64,000 bases of DNA, taken from contig JBHGNT010000016.1 of the NCBI GenBank assembly GCA_043228905.1, positions 5,332,001 through 5,396,000 on the forward strand. The letters run 5' to 3'. The translations under genes and the position numbers were made by a program. Below are positions 61,301 to 64,000 of the stretch, in pieces (position 1 is the first letter of the stretch; each line of letters begins with the position of its first letter). The stretch comes from Azolla caroliniana (lineage: Eukaryota > Plantae > Polypodiophyta). The notes below the pieces were generated by a model, which saw nothing but the letters and a program-made list of their open reading frames with translations, did not search any database and was not told the DNA's origin.

Positions 61301-63164
61301 GATGAAATGCCCATTATTACTTGAGAGACAAATAGAGGATAAAAAATGGCTTACCACTAGGGTACAAGCGAGATACAAAAGAAAATAACAAAAAGTGTGT
61401 TAACATTTCTAAGGAGACTAATGTGGCCTATAAAACCAACACTATATATGTCTTATGGTTTATTGCCATGTTGGACCTGGAATGAAAATTAACAAATCCT
61501 AAATAAGACAACAAAAGAGGGGCAACAATATTGACCATATTGGTCATCCCAAACCCTAGTAGACGCCAAAACTTGACTCAATTATTGTTTGTGGAGAGTC
61601 TAGATTGGCCTTGGATGCTTATGAATGATGGCTCTTATCTGTTTGTGTAATGCATGTCTCGTGTATCTTTTGTGAAGTCATCTTCAACTCTTCAAAGAGA
61701 GAGAATAATAGAGATATGATGAATATTTATATGAGAGAGACACTAACCCAAGAAATAAAAATAATCATTACAATGCCAAGTCACATTCGTGAAGCGGTTA
61801 AAAGACATCACTACTATGTTGGTATTAGTTGTGGATTACACCTATTGCATGGGGTTGCCCTTCTAAGATCAACATGACAGTCATTGTTCATTTACCATGT
61901 GATATATATCGCCACCAATATGATGATCACACATGGAGGAATATAGAACTAGTTCACCATATCAACAATCAAGGTTTCTTGGCAAATAATGAGTGTTGAA
62001 ATGTTAGGGCACCATCCAACTACAAAGGCATATGATTCTAACACGAGTTATATTGGATGAGCCTATGATATGTCGGATGTTAATAAGACTTTGTTGTTTT
62101 TGTCTCAAACATGTATGCACATGTAGAAAAGTGGCAGACATTTAGAAAGAGGATTAATATTGTGGCCAATTTTGTATTGGATTATGTACGTACATAGACC
62201 AAGAGATTTGCCCCCTAGGTTGTTGGTGGAGTGGCCTTTTAGATATGCTTGTAGCTTAGCCACCCTTCAAAGAATCCCCCCCCTTTTTTTTACTAAGTCA
62301 GTTTGTAATAAAAATATTGTATGACATATGCAAGTTAGTGTGGATTGTGTCCCGCCATTGATACAGAGATATATTTAGGCCATTTAGAATTTGCGTCGAG
62401 AACATTAGTAAAAGCCGAAACTAGTTCAGGTTTAGATTGTTGACTTGTCTAAATAATGATGTAGGTAAACTTTTGTGGTTAGTGATGAGTAATTTTAGCC
62501 CACAGTCGCCATAAAACATTGAAGGTGATAAAAGAGAAGTCAGTCCCAAATATGGTTTGTACATGCGGCATCAAGATCAGAGTTCCTTGGTGTATTGTAC
62601 TTATGCAAGGGGTGGGTGAGGGGAGTAAAAGTTGAGAAAGTTTTACCACACGTAAATTCAACATGGTTGTGTTGGCATGAAAGTCTGAGAGTGTATACGA
62701 CATGTAGGTGTGTTGAGACAAAAAAAGAGAAAAGGAGTGTCTATATGGGGTGGGGAGTGTCTATCACTTTGTCGAGGAAAACATTCTTATGACAATGGTA
62801 CAATGCATGGAGATGTGTCACATACATATGTACATGCGATACATTTCGCATCTTGTTGTGTCCCAAGTTATATAGCAAAATCACCTGATTATCCAGGGGG
62901 GGTGTTTAGCTCGGTCACGTAAAAAAACGAAAAGAAGGCAACAAGACAAACAACAACATGCATCCCCCCCCCCCCAAACACAGTGGTAGTGGTCATGCCG
63001 ACAGTACGAAAACATGCATCCCACACCCCGAGGAGTGTCCAAAGGTAGGGTTCTGGGGAGATGTATAGTTATTAGTAAGTATGGGTAGGGGAGGGGCCAA
63101 GGATAAGCTTTAACCATCCAGTAGCATTAGCATGTAAAGAGTAGTAGCATAATGGGCATGATGG

Positions 63165-63540
63165 CATCATCATCATCATTGTTATGCAAGTAGGTGCCAC
63201 ATGGTGGATGTATGCATACATACATATATAGATATAATCATATATATATTGATGCCATGATGTGTATCATCATCAACATTGTTATGCAAATAGGTTTGAC
63301 ATGGTGGATGTCTACATACATACATACCTATGTAGATGCATGCCATGATGTGCATAAGCATCATCATCATCATTATGGACTATACACATACATAAATGAT
63401 GCCATGATGTGCATAACCATCATCAGTGATCACTATTAATGGAGATAGGTTTCACATGGTGGATGTATGCATGCATCATATATACATATATGTATATATC
63501 ATGCATACATACATATTGATGCCATGATGTGCATGATATG
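63165..63540. repeat. Three roughly 100-155-bp tandem units containing (CAT)n and (TACA)n tracts
   Basis: TAGGT...ACATGGTGGATGT...GATGCCATGATGTG recurs at about 63191, 63291 and 63446. Confidence 0.8.
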
Positions 63541-63619
63541 AAGCCAAAAATAAACAAAAGAGTTGCAGGGGGCCGGGTAAGGATTCTAAGAAAAGCAAAA
63601 CGCAAAATATGAACAGAAA

Positions 63620-63668
63620 AACAGCAGAAAGCAGAAAGCAGAAAGCAGAAAAAAGCAAGAAGCGCAGA
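63620..63668. repeat. (GCAGAAA)n heptamer repeat
   Basis: Directly visible. Confidence 0.8.
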
Positions 63669-64000
63669 TAATTAGATTTGAGATCTTGTGTTCCATGGAA
63701 GTTAAAAAGGTAAGTGAATGGGATTGAAAACTGTAAAATTGAGCTCCCTAATTAATTCCGAGCCGTTAATCCCACCCCTTAATCACTCTGTCTGGTTTTG
63801 GGGCTTAAGCTTCCCTAATCAAGCCCACCCTCCCCCCGGCCGTACTGCTTGATCCGCACACTGTGCCGTACTGCCCTGTACCGTTAGTTATTTCTCTGCT
63901 CCTTATCTCGCTAATTAATCCATTCATTTGTTTCCTGTTATTTAATTGCCCCTTCTTTCTTCACTCCTCAAAACCTCCTTAAAAATCATCGTTAGGGTGT

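Overview
Eukaryotic nuclear DNA from a land plant. The PLS-class PPR gene, L1-type LINEs and Gypsy type point to a non-seed plant such as a fern or lycophyte (inference). Four host genes are supported: an intronless nepenthesin-like aspartic protease (1417-3189 +), a PLS-E PPR gene (about 29788-32126 +), an AS8-like glycine-rich protein (36229-38094 +, 2 exons) and a mitochondrial adrenodoxin/ferredoxin reductase with an intronless CDS (41498-42991 -). The stretch from 6.6 to 25.8 kb is a four-level transposon nest: a truncated LINE holds a near-full-length LINE (16-bp TSD), which holds a decayed Copia (5-bp TSD, inserted at the LINE RT catalytic motif), which holds an intact Ty3/Gypsy element with apparently identical LTRs. 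The Gypsy has a tRNA-Trp primer site, a 4-bp TSD, a DHG protease fused to Gag, and a predicted -1 frameshift cassette (G_GAU_UUU plus pseudoknot). Other notable items are a TSD-flanked retroposed PPR fragment with a LINE-like 3' tail, a reductase start codon sitting inside a consensus splice donor, further truncated LINEs, a solo LTR, a hairpin, a TIR element, many tandem repeats, and an unresolved degenerate region from 50.6 to 63 kb. All coordinates and comparisons were read by eye.
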